Shown piece after piece: positions 36,750 to 48,500 of a stretch of DNA of 64,000 nucleotides (the first letter of the stretch is position 1; every line of letters begins with the position of its first letter). Source of the stretch: Raillietiella orientalis (Eukaryota). Where the stretch lies: the NCBI GenBank assembly GCA_036172245.1, contig JAYWIR010000009.1:3596001-3660000 (forward strand), in the 5' to 3' direction. The notes beneath the pieces are model-generated. The model saw only the letters and a list, made by a program, of their open reading frames with translations, did not search any database and was not told the origin of the DNA. Made by a program: the position numbers and the translations under genes.

Positions 36750-39347
36750 CAATCATCTCTTCGCGGTTCGCGTTCCGGACCTGCACAGAACGGAACCAGA
36801 AATTCAGGCGCTCCGAGATGGTCGCTCGCAAGTTCGGGGTCGTGTCCCCGACCATGCCAAAGAGATGTCTTGGCCAGCCCCTGCGTTTGAGTTAAGGAGC
36901 CACCGCGGCACGCGCTACAGAAGGATGGGGGACGAATCTTGCACCCGCAAACCATCCCCTCGCCTGCTCGCGCTCACTAATCGCGCGGTGGAGTGAGGAG
37001 AGGTCCCTTAGCAACGGGATCTCAAGAGATCATCCCGATGGTGGGTCAGCTCTCCTGGGTGCCTTTTCACACTTGCCCTGGGCCCGTCCGTTCGTCTGAC
37101 CTCGAGTTCTTCCGCTGCCTCTCTGCGGCATTGACTCCGATCGCCAACTCTCAGAGCGATCATTTTGGGATCGAATCTCTGACCCGGGACAGTCGTACCA
37201 TCACACCGTATTGCCACGAAGACTGCTGGAGCTGCCGGAGGCGCAGCTCCACAGGACGGAAGCGAGGGTCACGGAACTGCTCGTGAGGACGGACGAAGCG
37301 GAAGGCGACCTGGCGGCGTGCGAGCAAGCTCGAGCCGAGGCCATGACCGGGGAGGAGACTGTGCTCCGAGGAAGATCGAGCTGCTGCTGGAGCTCGCCGC
37401 CGACACGTGACTCTCCACGGTTCGAACCCGGGCCCTTGGCCCCCAGCGCCGCCCCGAGGGAGGAACTCGGGAATGATGGGAGTAAGGGGCGACTACCTCC
37501 TCCTTGGCAGAAAAAGTACTTTGGAGAGGTCAGTCGGAGAAGTCCGCCTTGTGAGTTGGATCTGGCCAGAGTCCGCAAAAAAGTGCTCCCTCGAAAGAAT
37601 CCCGGCTTCTTCCGTTCGGTCCGCGCAGCCTGGATGGTTCCTCCTCAATCATCGATGAAGCGCAGCCTTCGCTGAGGAATCCCCAGACGCAATGAAACGA
37701 GCGCAAACCATCGGCATTAAAGGGGAGAGCTTCATTCCCAGAGTCTCGACGGGAATCCGGATGGGCGCAATCGCTCACACTGGTCCTCCTCCACCATGGA
37801 GACAGAAGGAAATTTGTATCCGCAGCTACACCCACTCGCTCCTGAGGTTGTTTACCATCCACGCGCGACGCTCTGTGTGGAAAACAAAACCCCGTGAGGG
37901 CACCTCGTCATCACCCATTTTCACTCTGGAGGTAAGGAGCACGCGCGTCGTAGGGATACTCCAGAGACTGCTCCTGTACGTGCACCACCATCTTCACCTG
38001 CAAGCTGACGAAGTCGACGCTTTGAGACGACAGACCGTGCCCGCAGGCGGAGACGTCTACGCCGAGCTACGAACCCACTTTCTTTCAGTGCGCCTGATCC
38101 TTCGGAGATGCGCCAGCAGCGAAGGAGTGCTCCCATTGCCGCTGAGCTCCCAGTGCAGGATGTGGGGATTTGGTTTCCCAGCTCGCAACCGTCCTGGAAA
38201 CTCCCGTCCGTTGATCTCCTGTCTCCCGAAGAATTTCAACGCCTGGAAGCGGGAGGCTGTTGCCTCCTGCCCACTAAGCAGCGCTCCCGGAGGAGCTTTG
38301 TCACTTCCTCAGACATCCGCTGGAAGCGGTGATGGAAGACTCGACGAAGTGGCCGACCCTGGCCCCAGACCCCTTGCCACGGCGCTGTCTGCCCTGAGGG
38401 CAAGCGACGACAGCTGCCAGTCGACGGGTAGGGAGTTTTCCTGCACCCGTTGCAGGGAACTCCTTGGCGGCTGAAAGGCGCTCGAGGTGCGGCCACCCCG
38501 CATGCTCTGGAGATGGAACTACGTCAGCACGGTGTCGGCCTTCGGGAACCCGTCCCTCCCACGACACGAATTCGTGTTACCTCCCTCATTCTGGAATACG
38601 TTGGTGTTCCCGCTTTGATGGAAACGCGAGGTGCCCCTTTTTTGCTCTGGGACTTCGTCTCCAAGGTGAGTCCGATCCCCAAACTGTTGATTCCAGGTGC
38701 GGGTCGGCGGAGTTCGATCCGGCGCCCGCCTTTCGACTGCGGTCATCTCGGCAGACCATGGTGAAGACTGAACTTAGGCGCTTCAGCAACAGGAGGACAC
38801 TGTCCTTGACCTCCCGCAGCGGTTCTTCGCGCGCGGGGCGGTGGACTTTTCGACTGGAGCAGCGATCGCGACGGCGCGCTGCGTCCACGTCGTCGTCACA
38901 ACCCGCCATGCGTCAGAGTCTCGGGCGCAGCGAAGGGAGGTCACCGTGACGGCAGTCGCTCATAGGAGAACGGCGGCGAGTTAATCCCATCTGAAGAAGG
39001 AGTGAGGACGGTGATCGCTGGCATGGAACATCAGTTCTGAAGAAGAGCGGCCGACACCGGTGACCCTTGTCCCCAGATTCCACGTTTATTCACTTTGTTT
39101 TTTGTTTTTTATTGTCCCCTCCCTTTCGCTTCTTTCCCGATTTTTTCGTTTATCAACAAGCGACACCAAACACCCCTGTGCGGTCCCTTCCGTGTTCCCA
39201 CATTTACTTCTCATCCCCTCCCTCCCGCTCCGGACATTCAGTGTGCCGACGGACTTTCCCTGGACTTCGTTCGCCTTCGGTCGGGAACCGCGTGCTCCGC
39301 GTGCTGGTTTTTCTGGAAGAAACGCCCGGGCGTGAGCGGGTGGAAAA
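36750..39347 (+). mobile_element. Internally deleted L1/Tx1-like LINE ORF2 relic
   Basis: SDH motif of an AP-endonuclease C-terminus (~37155) and an RT-like IGIKGESFIPRVSTGIRMG (~37710). The post-RT segment is homologous to 44280-44420. Ends in AAACGCCCGGGCGTGAGCGGGTGGAAAA (39320-39347). Confidence 0.6.
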
Positions 39348-39899
39348 CTTCCCTATAGCGTTTCACCCCTCTTTCACTATCCACGCCACATCGCGCGCAA
39401 TCCCCGCGGAGCTCCTTCCCCTGTTGTCGCCTCCGCGACAACTCAAACGACTGGCAGCCACGTGTGTGACCCGTGTAACTTTTCTTTCCCTTCCTGGCCA
39501 AGCTCGACCCTCGTTTGCGCGGGAAGGAAAGAGGAAGGGCAGCACCGCGCGCGCTCCGTCTGCCGCCCTCACCTGCCCCTTCTTCCCGAACTGGCGCGGG
39601 GCTCCCTGCCTCCTGCGCGAGACGCACGGCTCGTAGAGACCTCAGCAGAACGCTGCGCACGGAAGCGGCTAACGGGGAGCCGCGAATTAGCAGCCGGCGT
39701 TCGGTCGGTCGCTCTTCCTCGCGCGGTCCCGCCGAGTCAGGAAGCTGGGATGAAGCAGCGCCTCCGTTTGAAAGTAGCCGACGTGTTCACATCGGTGGTC
39801 GTGTGGTCGCGAGCTCCCGCTCTAGGCATGAGACGCAGTAGGCTTGAATGCCCACCCGCAAGATGGCGCAGACTCGGACGCGCCGTACATCCGCGGATC

Positions 39900-41240
39900 C
39901 TGATGCCCCGTCGGCTACCTGAGAAACGAGGGAGTGGGATGGAGCACGGTTTGAGAGAACCAAGGAGGGGGGAGGGGGAGAAAAAATGGCCGGCGCATCG
40001 GTGCAGCCTTGGAAACGGTCTCCATTCTACGCTCCGCAACCAAGCATTCGCTGGTTGCGCGGCGCCATAGCAGCGATCTTCGCCTGACCTCTCCGCCAAG
40101 CGATTCGTCCCTGCTTTCCTATCGAACCGAATCGAAGTCCAAAGGCAAACGACTGAATGACTTCCGGCAGCTCCAGATCACAACCAGCAACTGCGGACTC
40201 TCAGCGCGGCTCGCCAGTGGAGGAGGAAGTGGGTGTTTGACTGTCCATTGTGAGGTGGGGGAGGAGGGAGAAGTCACCTGGAAGAGGTCATCCTCGCGCC
40301 GTTTCCAGGAAGCGAAGGCACAGTCACCCTCAGCAGCTGCTTTCGGGTAGACACGGTTACGCGTCCTCCGGCCAGGTGACCGCGGCGAAGGACCGAACCC
40401 TTGCGTACGTCCTCGAGGCAGTCCCGCCCCACCGTGCTTCGACGGTCCGGCGTTTCACACCATCCCCCCCAGGCAACGCAGCACGAAGCGGGGGCTCTCC
40501 ACGCTGGGAACCACGGTGGCACCAGCATCTCGCGTCTCGGACGAGGGGGAGTCTTTGTGACGCCTCCAGGGCAGGTACGATGGCCCGCGTGAGAACACAG
40601 GAACGCCCTGCCGCGCGTGGAGGCATCCCTGGCGCCTGGATCTCCTTCCTTCGTCCGTGGCACCGTGATGTCGCGCTGCGAACCGAGACGCCGCCGCTTC
40701 ACTGAGAAAGAGGTGCTTGAGAAACGGTCCCGCTGGAAGGAAGAAGTCCTTAGGATGAACGCCTGCATCCCGCGCAGGCTGCAGACGGTTCGAAGCGACT
40801 CAAACGGTGACCTTCGCCCATTTCCGCTGCCCTGTGAGTCCCTACACCTGCGGGAGACAGCACAGGTCTTTTCCGCTCTCGTTGCAGCCGTCTTTCCTTG
40901 CTCGCTCCTCGAGAGGTCTTCTCCCTTACCCGTCGCGCAGCGTCCCTTTCCGGTCAGCCATCTCGATGGGTGTAGCGAAAGGAGTTGTTTCCGTACAAAA
41001 CTGCAGGGGCGCGGGGCCTTCTTGATGGAAGCCTTCCCGGCCGGCCCCCGATGGTCGGAAGCCTCCAAAGGAACTTCCGCTTCCCGTGCGGCACTACCTG
41101 ATCTCCGGGATGGCAACGAGCTCATGGAAGACCTCGAGAGGAAGCTATGTCGCCCGCGGGCTGTGGTCCTCGGAAGGTTTTGCGAGGGAGGGGGGGTTTG
41201 CGCTATCCGGGCACTTTCGCCCCCTTACGGTGCGACAGGG
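39900..41240 (+). mobile_element. Highly decayed LINE RT / post-RT relic
   Basis: SKGKRLNDFRQLQITTSN (RT K...L.NFRPI-like), HPQQLLSGR (P.Q.GF..GR-like) and NGDLRPFPLP..LRETA. Confidence 0.35.
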
Positions 41241-43185
41241 TAAGAAGCGAACGAAGATCAAAGCTCGAAAGTGGTTAAAGTGGACGGCGCCAATCAGCGG
41301 GGCTCAAATGCTGGGAAGAGGACTGAAGCACGGGGAAAATGACGTCACGATCCTCTGAAGCTCGAGGCGATGACTCTCCCCCGCTGCCGTGTGAATAGAG
41401 GCGCCGAGTTCAGATAGGGGCACGCAGGATGATTTTTTTTTTTTTTTTTTCATCCCCTTCCGCAGCCTGGATCCCTGTGGAATCCCACGCATGAACGCGA
41501 GCGCGAAAGCCCGGGCGGCGAAGCGGACCTCTCCCCGCCTGGAACATTTAGAAGCTCCTCTTCCAAAATTCCCTACTCCTTTCTCCTCCCCCACCACTTA
41601 TCCTCCTCGTCTCATCTCGCCAGTGCTCCGGTGATTGGCATGAAGGAGCTGCCGCATATCTCCCGATCTCCTCGGACGATTGATATTCGCTCACCGCGCG
41701 CCTCGAGGCCTGAAGACGGGGACGTCCCTCTTCGCATTCCCTTGTTCCCCCCGCCGATGCTGCTTTTCTTTCTCTTCCGCGCTCCGAGATTCCCCCTCCG
41801 CTCAACTGGGAGAGCTCTCCCTTTCCCTGCCGCCTCCGCCACGAGATGAGAGGGAAGATCGGCCCGTCGTCACGTAGTGACGCCTGCATCTGCCCCTGAG
41901 CGGCCGATCCCCGGAGCCCACCCGCAGGTGGCCAGCCGAAGTGCCGAAACGCGGACGCGAGGATGGAGTCGAGATGCAGCACCGTAGGAACGTGCTGGAC
42001 CCGTGCGGGTCACGCGGGACAGCTTCTGGCGGTCGGACCGCGGTTGGGGAAGGCCGAGGGCCCCGGCAGAGAAGGCGGCGAGCGCGCTCAGCGAACGCAA
42101 GAGAAGGATGGGCCGGTGGGGCGGGAGGAGGCGGTCCAGCGACTCAGGTGCGCGCCTCCGGCGCGTTCCCCCGGAACAGCCAAACCGGGCACCGCTTCCG
42201 CCACGGCGACGCGTCGCCAAGGAACCAGCAGGGTTCCTTCAGCCGCGGTGCCGAGGAGCCGCGGGTTCGCCAACGCCTCCGGAAGGAGACGCGTGTGCTG
42301 ACACGGATGCTGATTGCCGAGTGACTGCAGCGCCCATAAATCTGCCCGTCCTCCTCGAGCGACTCTGCTTTCGATCAAAGCAAAAAAAAAAAAGAGTTCT
42401 CGATCTCTATGGAAACGAGTTCACAGGAAGAGAGGGGCCGGAAAGGAGTGCAAGACCGGGGGGAAGATCATGCCAATTCGTTCCTTTTTTTCATTCGTCT
42501 TTCTTTTTCTTTTCTTTTTTTTTGCGCTTAGCGACGCTTGAAGATTCACCTCTCTTCCGACCCTTTAGCAGGGAAGACATTGTTGACCGCCACACCGGGA
42601 ACCCCCGAAGCGTCCCCTGCGGAAGTGGACGAGTGGCTGCACCGCAGCGCGAGCGAGAGCGCAGTGGCAACAGCAGCGACGCGAGCGAATGCGCGCAGGA
42701 AAGCGACGACAAGGAGGAGGAAGAGAAGGAAGAGGCATCTTCGCTCCCCGAACGCATCAGGGACGGACGGGTGGACCCGGGGAGGAAAGTGCATCACAGA
42801 ACCAGGGGACCAGCTGCTTCCGCCTTGGTCTCTCGCAGATGGCATCGCGTCGAGGACCTCTCTCGCTCTCGCTCTCTCTGGAATGCTCGGCCAGCAAATG
42901 AGGCACGGCAGCACGGAGGGGTCGCCTGGAAAGCGGAGGAGAGGCACGAAAAACCGGGGCCGCCGAATTCAGATCTCTCTCCCATCCCGAGGCCATCGCC
43001 TCCATCCATTCCCAGAGCGCCCTCATCTTCTCGAAGCAAGGAATTTCCATCTAGCAAGGAAATGATTTTTTTTTTTAAATACAAAAAAGACCAGTAGGCG
43101 ACCTCACGGGCAGATCGTCGTCATTGGCCTAAGATGATGGAAATCCTTTAGGGATTCTTCTGTTTTCGCTGCTCTCCTTCCAGCC

Positions 43186-43862
43186 TTTTTTTTTGGTTCG
43201 GCAAGTGCTGAAGAAACGCCCGCCTATTTAGGGGGAAACTCACGAAGCTCTTGATGCACCGCTTGCGCCACCCGGGAGGGGAGGGCGTGAAGTAACTCTT
43301 CAAGATGCGGGGTACCACAGAGGGACCACCCTGTGAATCCAGAAGCCTTTTCCTCTTACTCTTGAAAGAGGACCCCGGAAGGAGCCTCTTCCTCGTTCCC
43401 TCCGGAGGGGGAGCACTCCTCGTTTCTCCTCCGGAGGGAACCCGCAAGGGAACACCGCTCCTTGCATCCTCCTCTGAAGAGAACCCTGAAGGGATGCTTC
43501 CCAATTTCTCTCGAGGGCACGCTCCCCGAAGGGGAGCAGAGAGCTTCTTACATTCTGGAGAAGTATCGACCAGCTCCGTCGAACGCCTCGAAGGGTCGCC
43601 CCTTGAGGGAAGGAGGCAACTCCTTGGCTTCTGGAAGACCCCGGAGGGACAACTTCCAATCCCGGTCAGTCAACGGGGGCATCTGATTTTTCACCAGTGC
43701 CCCACCCGATTAAGGGCCCACCAGCGGAATAGGGGGAGCACGGCTCGAAACCCACAACGCACCTTCTCAATGTGTCGCCGTTGATCCCTCCCTGGGCGTG
43801 ATTCGAACCCGCGACTCTCTCGCTGGTGCCATGGGTGGAGGCCGCAGCCACACGGCCGCAAG
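43186..43862 (-). mobile_element. tRNA-headed SINE-like repeat, copy E
   Basis: Reverse complement GCGGCCGTGTGGCTGCGGCCTCC...GCGGGTTCGAATCAC. Ends CAGCACTTGCCGAACC followed by an A-run. Confidence 0.8.
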
Positions 43863-43922
43863 GCGGGGGGAACGATTTTCGGGCTCGCAGACGAGCACTG
43901 CTCGTGGCTTGATCTCGAGACA

Positions 43923-45600
43923 GCATCGAGCTGCAGGTGCAGTTTCGGATGCTGCGGCTCTGTGCCAAGCTCTGGTGTACGCCGTGGTGCTTGCCCGCGC
44001 GCCTTCTACTAAGGCGCTGCACGGGCAGCAAAGGACTCCTTTCGTTGCTGCCCCACTTTCGGCACACCAGGAAAGGGTTTTGCTTCCCGCTGAGGCAGCT
44101 GTCCTCACTGCTGGAAGTCCAAAGTTGGATCTCCTGCCGCCCCATGAACAGTAATGCATGGCGGCAGGAATCTTTTGCATCGTGGGCCGCTTCCGAAGCA
44201 ATGCACCCGGAGGATCTTCGATGCTTGAGACTTCTCTTGATTCATCCCCTGGACGAAGTCATGCAGGACAAGAAGAAGTCGGATCGTCTGGCCGCCACAC
44301 CCCTCACCGCAGCGCTGTCTGCCCTCAGGGCAAGCAGTGACAGTTGCCAACCGGCGGAATGGGAGTTCTCCTGCACAATTGCAGGAGTGTCTAAGCTCCT
44401 CGGCGGCTGGACCACAAAGGAGCCGGTGGAAGCCGCCACTCTTCGGAATCGGGCAAAGGACCTGCTTCGGTGGAGCGAACATTTAAGTGTGCCCCCAGAA
44501 GAGATAGTGGCTGCCCCCGTTTGTTTGGACAGCTCCGTGTTCCCCTTGAAATGGAAACAAGATGTGAAGTCTTCACACTGGGGTTTCCATTATAATCGGC
44601 GGCGAAGCATCGTTTCCGGGGGAGCTGTCTCGTGAAGCTGTTCGAGATGCGGAGAGATCGAGTCTTTTCTGCACCTCTTGCTGGACTGCGGTGATCTCCG
44701 TGAACTGTGGCGGAGGCTGATTTCGGCCATCATGCCGCAGGCACTGCAATGGACGTGCTGCGGCACTTCTTCAGTAGGAACGGACTTTCGGTAGGCGTGA
44801 TCGTCGCACCCATATGTTGCATTCGCGCCATCGTCAAGGCCCGCTACGCCCGGGAGTTGTCAGCGCAGCGAAGGGAGGCCCACCTGCTAGCAGTCGAATC
44901 CATGGAGAGGGCCTAAAGGTGGTCTCATATTCATGACGAGGTGAATGAGAATATCGATATCGCCGGCATCCATCGCCAGTACACAGACGTCTAAGAACGG
45001 TGTACTCCGGTGACCCTGTGATCTCTCGCCCACCTATGTCCCATTCCCGTTCGCTCCGTTGAATTCTCGATGCCAGTGTTTGCATCCCGGTGCCTTCCGG
45101 AGCGATCCCAAAGACCCTTGTCCCGTCTCACCCTAGGTTATGTTTTTCTTTTGTTTTTTTGTTTGTTCTTTCCAATCCCTAACACCGTTGCGTTTGTAAT
45201 GTGATTGCTGTGTTAATGAGTGTGGTTGTGTTTATGGGAGGGTATGGGTTGGAAATGGGAAGATGGTTAATGTTTTTTAGCTTGGGTGGATTACTCGTGG
45301 AGTGTATAAGGTTCATCCTGCTATTGGTCCTTTTGAGTATAGATACTGAGTAGTAGTATAGAGAAGGATGGGGGCTGTAGTCAAAAATTAAACTTAGAAT
45401 TTATTTAGTTAATAATAAAAATATTTTACGAATACATTTTCCCCAATTAATTAATTTTAATATTTTTCCGGCCTGTGTGCCAGGGGAATTCTGCCTCATT
45501 CTTCTCCAGTCGTCGGTTGGAAACTTTGTTCCCAACTGGTTTATTTTATGTAATGTATATGTTTACATGGAATAAACGCCCCGGCGTGACCGGGTGAGAA
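43923..45600 (+). mobile_element. 5'-truncated L1/Tx1-like LINE with 3' UTR and hairpin terminus
   Basis: ORF 43937-44635 (LLRWSEHLSVPPEEI...FPLKWKQ..HWG) is homologous to 53145-53984. RCGEIESFLHLLLDC zinc finger at ~44645; terminus at 45571-45600. Possible imperfect TSD ATCTCGAGACA/ATCGCGAGACA. Confidence 0.8.
45205..45415 (-). pseudogene. cox1: Probable degenerate mitochondrial cox1 fragment (NUMT)
   Basis: AT-rich island. With the invertebrate mitochondrial code the minus strand gives, across frameshifts, FWLQPPSFSMLLLS (from 45386), AGWTLYTP (~45320), LTIF and MNTTTLIN. This is collinear with COX1 FWLLPPSL.LLL / GTGWTVYPP / DL.IFSL / INFITTIIN. Confidence 0.55.
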
Positions 45601-46289
45601 ATCGCGAGACAAACCGCATATCGCACAGATCTCTGCACAGCATCCCCAGCTTCCAAGCCCGAAAGCTTTCTTTTTTGGGGGGGGGGACCTTTTTTCTTTT
45701 CTTTTCCCAGTCATTCAGATTGTCTGAATGACAGAGAATTCATCTACGGAATGGGGAGTGGGGGGAGGGGACAAAATGAAAAGTAGTTTCTCCAAATGCG
45801 GATCCTTAAAAAACCATTAGAAAACCCATTTGTCTTCCTCCGCTCGGAGCGAAGTGTCTCCTAATGTGTACTCGTCAATCTGTAGCCGGGGTGAGTGCCA
45901 AGCCCAAGAGTTCCCTGTTCTCCCGTTCTGGAGAGGAGGCCGGAAAGCGAGGCATCTGGGCTGCTCTGCCTCGAAGAGCTCACAATCCGCACGGGCGGCG
46001 CAGCCCAACTCGCCGCCCGGAACCCCTCCCTCGACCCCGGCGCCAGCGGTCTCCTAGCAACGAACACTTTGCAGGGGCCCGGATCGTCTTCGGTCAGCTT
46101 CCTGCATCCGCCGCGCGCGCGCACGACACCCATCAGCGGCAGCGCTGAGCGAAATGGGAAATCATACAGTGACGTCCCATAAATCGCGAATCCGCAGCCT
46201 CTCGTGATCTCATGCATGCACTGTAGCAGTAAAGTACCCAAAGGATATTTATGGATTTAAGGGAGAAATGAGAGGGTTTTACCCCATGG

Positions 46290-48500
46290 TAAGAATAGAT
46301 CCCGGGGCGCGCTGATGCGAGCACAAACCGCCTCAGGTCGCCCACCATGATGCTCGACCTCTTCTTCGTTTCCAAGGGCTTCCCTGTACTCTGGAGGCTT
46401 GATCTCTCGTGGAGGCCGCGCGAATCCGAACACCCCTCGTTCGATCATTTCGCGGCTCCATCGCCGGTCAGCGGTGACTGCCGCCTGCTGGAGGCGATGG
46501 CCTCAGCACGTGAAGGTTGGCAAAAGAGGAAAGGCTCGAAGGTCAGCTCGGAACCCGGAGGGCACCGGGTGGCAGACTGAAGGAGGATGGAGATGCTCGC
46601 GCACTTCCTCAAGACGCAGGAGGAAGGAGAAGACCCCGCGCAGGACCGCATCCCGAGAATCTTTGGAGATGCATTTTTCGCATCATTGCTCGAGAGAAGG
46701 GAATTTTGCTGTTGTTGTTGTCGCCGGAAAACGGAAGCAACGCGCGTGCTTTGCAGCAGATCGCCGTCACGTGCAAGAAGAAGACCCCCAGCATTCAATT
46801 TGACAGGCACCACTCGATAGTACCAGGGAAGAAACGGACTTCCAAGACCGTAGAACCCCAGCGGGCATTTCGGACAGGGCGAGCCTAGGACGTCTCCTGC
46901 TGAAGTTTGCAAAGTAGAGGGCGTTCCTTTCCGAAGGCTGGCCGGCTGTCGTTGCCACGTAGCGCCTAAAGCAATAACGATGTGGGAAGCTGCGTGCGGA
47001 AGCTCGTCCCTGCTCACCCCTTTCAAACCCTAGCGCGACTTCCCGCCGCAAGAAACATCAACACCCAAGGAAGTTGCCGCTGAGCTCTCCACGGAGCACA
47101 TTCTTTTTCCTTCTCCGACAGGCCTGGAATTCGGAAATGCTTGACCGATTTCTGCACTCCTGGGTAGTTTTCAACTAGCAATAATCGCGCCTCCCTTTCG
47201 TTCAGCGGCCGCGATACTTCCCGTGTGCACTCCTGGGTAGTCCTGGAGCTCCGGGACCCACGGTCGGACGTCTTTACCATTGTAGAGAAATCTTCCCCTT
47301 AAAAAACCTCTGGAGATCTCCAGCAGGCATCAACAGCCGTGGTAGGGAACCGCTTTCCTTCTTTTGTTCACCGTAACCACACCGCCGCCCAACGCGGGCC
47401 GTGTGGCCACGGTCTCTGCGCATGGTACCAAGCGGGTTCGAATCCCCACGTGGAGGATCGTCGCCAAGAAATCGGCATGCGCCGTCGTGGGGTTCGAGTT
47501 GCCCCCACAAGATGACGCTGGTTGGCCTCTTCGGATGCGGCATCAGTGGAAGCCGGAAACCCCCGATGACTGTTCAGGGCTGGGAGTTGACCTTCGGGAT
47601 TTTTTCAGGACATCAAAGAGCCCTTCGGACTTCCCCTCCGGATGTGAAAATGGAGCCGTTTCTCCCCTCGCAGGGAGGGGGACCCTCCGTCGTGGACTAT
47701 GGAACTGGTTGCCTCTTCAGAGTGTAAGAAGTCCGCTGCCCCCTTCCCGAAGCTCCTTCAGAGAAATTTGGGAGCATCCCTTAGGGGTTCTCTTCGGAGG
47801 AGTGACAAGGAGCGTCTTCCTTGCAGGTGCCCTTCGACAAAGAACTTCCAGGAGCGGATCCTTTCCGAAAATCTCTCCGGAGAAGAAAATGAGGAGCGGG
47901 GGGGAAGTGGAAGGGGTTCCTAGGCGAATGGTTCTTGGAAACTAGGCAAACCTTCTTCTGTTCACAAGCCCACGCCAGAGACCTGCCCTTTGATCGCACC
48001 CGTTTCGTGGGGTGAGCGAATTCATGGCTGGCAGTCGGACTTTTCCGAGCAAGTATGACCGACGGGAGGTCCTCGTTTGGGGGACTTTCACTTTAGGTGT
48101 GAAGATGGAACCGAATTTCTGGAAGGCAGGAAGAAGACTTCCATTTTTTCCTTTCTGGAGCAAGCTCCGGAGCTTCAAGATTCCAAGATCCAGGTTTCGT
48201 CCCACGGAATCCCTACCGGAGCTTTCGCGGAAGGACTGAACGAGCTCCAGACAAAACGGAGCTCTTGGAACGAGAGGAGACCCGCGCACCCCGGTGGACT
48301 CCGAAAGCTGGCACCGGTGGGGAATGGGGGAGAGACTCTCACGGGAAGCACTTTGGCGCCTTCTGGAGGGCCGGCAGAGTCGCCCCCGCTCCTGCCACGC
48401 AAGGGCCCGACTCTGGGTTCGCTGGATGCAAACGGACGCCCCGAGAAAAATCTGCTTCTTGGTCTCCATGCGGGAACGTTCTTCGCACAGGAGCTCCATC
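46290..48500 (-). mobile_element. Decayed L1/Tx1-like ORF2 (RT and post-RT), interrupted by SINE-like copy F
   Basis: STGVRGSPLVP..FCLEL (GVRQG.PLSP-like), FQKFGSIFTPKVKVPQT, and RREVALGF (GGLG-like) on the other side of the insertion. Confidence 0.5.
47395..47935 (+). mobile_element. tRNA-headed SINE-like repeat, copy F
   Basis: GGCCGTGTGGCCACGGTCTCTGCGCATGGTACCAAGCGGGTTCGAATCCC with a perfect B-box, a second GGGTTCGAG motif and a collinear body. Confidence 0.8.

Noticed and set aside
47395..47470. Functional tRNA gene at the head of the repeat
   Set aside because: The B-box is present, but no complete cloverleaf or consistent anticodon is shared among copies; treated as a tRNA-derived head.
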